Made by a program: the position numbers and the translations under genes. Below, in pieces: positions 62,403-64,000 of a DNA stretch of 64,000 nt. Source of the stretch: Pirellulales bacterium (GTDB taxonomy: Bacteria > Planctomycetota > Planctomycetia > Pirellulales > UBA1268); assembly GCA_040397585.1 (NCBI GenBank), contig JBBAVS010000006.1, positions 669 through 64,668 of the forward strand, written 5' to 3'. The notes beneath the pieces are model-generated. The model was not told where the DNA came from. It did not search any database and saw nothing but the letters and a program-made list of their open reading frames with translations. Within the stretch, counting starts at the first letter, position 1. Every line of letters starts with the position of its first letter.

Positions 62403-62432
62403 AGTCTAGTGGGGGGCGTGGGGGTGTCGCAA
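62403..62432 (-). promoter_or_regulatory. Candidate sigma-70-type promoter of the giant gene (TTGCGA-N18-TAGACT) running into a T8 tract
   Basis: Minus strand reads TTGCGACACCCCCACGCCCCCCACTAGACTTTTTTTTCGG. The hexamers match the consensus at 4/6 each. Located 50-80 nt upstream of the ATG at 62352. Purely pattern-based. Confidence 0.25.
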
Positions 62433-62462
62433 GGGCCGTCGGCGCACAGAGAACCCGCTTCC

Positions 62463-62511
62463 GGAAAAGCGAGGCGGCGGGCCGGGCGACCCTGTTCGCC
62501 CGACCCGCCGC
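62463..62511 (-). terminator. Rho-independent terminator downstream of the YTV-repeat gene
   Basis: Minus strand: GCGGCGGGTCGGGCGA-ACAGG-GTCGCCCGGCCCGCCGC (16-bp stem with one G-U), followed by CTCGCTTTTCC. Confidence 0.6.
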
Positions 62512-62555
62512 ACTGTGCTCTCGGTCACCGGCAGCCCGTGGCCGCCGGGGAAGGA

Positions 62556-64000
62556 CTAGCAGCCCTTCTTGCAGCCGAGGAGGCCGCCCTTGCGGGCACC
62601 GCCGTTGCCGCCGTTGCCGCTGCCGTTCGAGCAGCCGCAGGCGTCACCAGCCGGAACCTCTTCCTCGACGCACTTCTTCACCTTCACGCAGACCTGCTTC
62701 GTGACCTTCTTGGGCACGCGCACCACGTACGACTCGGTCTTCGTCTCGCAGACCGTGTCGCTGGCGCACACGCTGTAGGTCTGGGTCTTCTGCACGGGCA
62801 CGTTCACCGTGTAGTTGACCTCGCGGGTCCGGGTCTCGGGGACGCACTTGTTCACCGTGATCTCGCGGGTGCGAGTCTCACAGCGGCTCCGGTTCACGCA
62901 CACCGTCTTGGTGCGGGTCTCCGGAACCATCTTGGTGACGCAGTAGGTGCCCGAACGCTCCTCGCAGCGGCTCTTGTTCACGCAGACGGTCTTGGTCCGG
63001 GTCTCCGGGACCATCTTCGTGACACAGTAGGTCCGCGTCCGCTCCTCGCAGCGGGAGAGCTTGACGCAGTACGACCGCGTCCGCTCTTCGCAACGAGACT
63101 TGTGAACGCACACCGTCCGCGACCGCTGCTCGCAGCGGGACTTCTTCACGCAGTACGTGAAGGGCACCTGCTCGCACTCGGTCTTCCACGTGGTGACCTC
63201 GATCTCCTTGGTCTCGCACGTCGGCACCCACTTACGGCAGCAGACGACCTTCGGGCAGCAGGGATTGCCGGCGGCGTCATACTGGCCGTTCGCCGAAATC
63301 TCCTTCGCCTCGGTCACCCAGTGGCCGCCCCGGCAGGTCACCGTCTTGGTGCCCTTGACCGGCACGCGACGCGAAACCGTCCGGTAGCCCGTCAGCTCCT
63401 CGGTGTAGGGCACGTTCACCGTGTAGGTCTGCTCGACCTGCTCGGTGTAGGGCACGTTCACCTTGTAGGTGGCGGTCCGCTCTTCCGTGTAGGGGACGTT
63501 CACCTTGTAGGTCGCGGTCTTCTCTTCCTTGACCGGCACCATCACCGTGTAGGACTGCTCGACCTGCTCGGTGTAAGGCACGTTGACCTTCCACGTCCGG
63601 GTCCGCTCTTCCTTGACGGGCACCATCACCGTGTAGCTCTTCTCGATCTGCTCGGTGTAGGGCACGTTCACCTTGTACTCGACCGTCCGGGTCTCCGGAA
63701 CGTTGACGTTGACGGTGTAGTTCACCGACTTCGTCCGCTGCTCCGGCACCATCACCGTGTAGTTCCGGGTCTTCTCCTCGATCCGCGGAACCTTCTTCGT
63801 CACCTGGAACGACCGCTCGCGGACCTCGGTGGTCCACTCGGTCGCCTCGACGTCCCGGATCTCCGGAACGACGACCCACTTCTTCACCGTCTTCATGCCC
63901 GCACCGGCGTCAGCGGCCGGGGCCTCGACCACGGCGGCCTCGGCGGCCGGAGCGGCGTCGGCGGCCGACAGCACGGACGCATCGGCCGGCGTGGGAGCGG
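62556..64000 (-). CDS. YTV-repeat, cysteine-rich putative cell-envelope protein (N-terminus probably beyond the right edge)
   Basis: Repeats of ..T.TYKVNVPYTEQVEQSYTVMVPVKEE.. followed by repeats of CV.KSRCEERTRTYCVTKMVPETRTKTV. C-terminus is GCSNGSGNGGNGGARKGGLLGCKKGC. The frame stays open from GTG 63974 to the window end. Confidence 0.85.
   Translation of the reverse strand, partial: APTPADASVLSAADAAPAAEAAVVEAPAADAGAGMKTVKKWVVVPEIRDVEATEWTTEVRERSFQVTKKVPRIEEKTRNYTVMVPEQRTKSVNYTVNVNVPETRTVEYKVNVPYTEQIEKSYTVMVPVKEERTRTWKVNVPYTEQVEQSYTVMVPVKEEKTATYKVNVPYTEERTATYKVNVPYTEQVEQTYTVNVPYTEELTGYRTVSRRVPVKGTKTVTCRGGHWVTEAKEISANGQYDAAGNPCCPKVVCCRKWVPTCETKEIEVTTWKTECEQVPFTYCVKKSRCEQRSRTVCVHKSRCEERTRSYCVKLSRCEERTRTYCVTKMVPETRTKTVCVNKSRCEERSGTYCVTKMVPETRTKTVCVNRSRCETRTREITVNKCVPETRTREVNYTVNVPVQKTQTYSVCASDTVCETKTESYVVRVPKKVTKQVCVKVKKCVEEEVPAGDACGCSNGSGNGGNGGARKGGLLGCKKGC

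Overview
Very GC-rich chromosomal segment: real genes end almost every codon in G/C, and nearly every gene has long antisense or out-of-frame shadow ORFs in the supplied track. Gene content points to Planctomycetota: a DUF1559 prepilin-like protein with the H-X9-DG motif, a PSCyt/DUF1549/DUF1553 protein paired with a DUF1501 protein, a YTV-repeat Cys-rich protein, a 2883-aa PEP-CTERM protein built from autotransporter-type beta-strand repeats, and TAT-signal enzymes. I support about 50 protein genes and re-set many track starts. nrdJ is missing from the track because it runs off the left edge. The window holds a replication cluster (dnaA-like, dnaN, DUF721/dciA, gyrB, no recF). It also holds housekeeping genes (nrdJ, birA, ino1, aminotransferase, cysteine desulfurase, mnmA, apt, a sigma-70 factor, bioF, uxaC, mobA), two two-component systems, envelope and transport genes (mscL, crcB, copA, floA, an AsmA-like giant, two paralogous beta-barrel proteins) and a patatin-like phospholipase. 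I recognised no rRNA, tRNA, CRISPR array, transposase, integrase or prophage genes. The most unusual signals are: (1) a 264-aa mini-DnaA with an intact DNA-binding domain IV but no P-loop, sitting in the canonical dnaA slot. (2) A modular, hairpin-rich intergenic repeat family (hairpin CCGCAGGTT-GAA-AACCTGCGG plus two other modules) present in six intergenic sites, including a 3-unit tandem array of about 110-bp period, with compensatory base changes that preserve one stem. (3) A 20-codon lysine-rich micro-ORF with a consensus Shine-Dalgarno. (4) An NtrC-type regulator whose AAA+ core lacks the GAFTGA loop. (5) A signal peptide and beta-propeller fragment that look frameshifted. None of these is proven new; each needs database and experimental checks.
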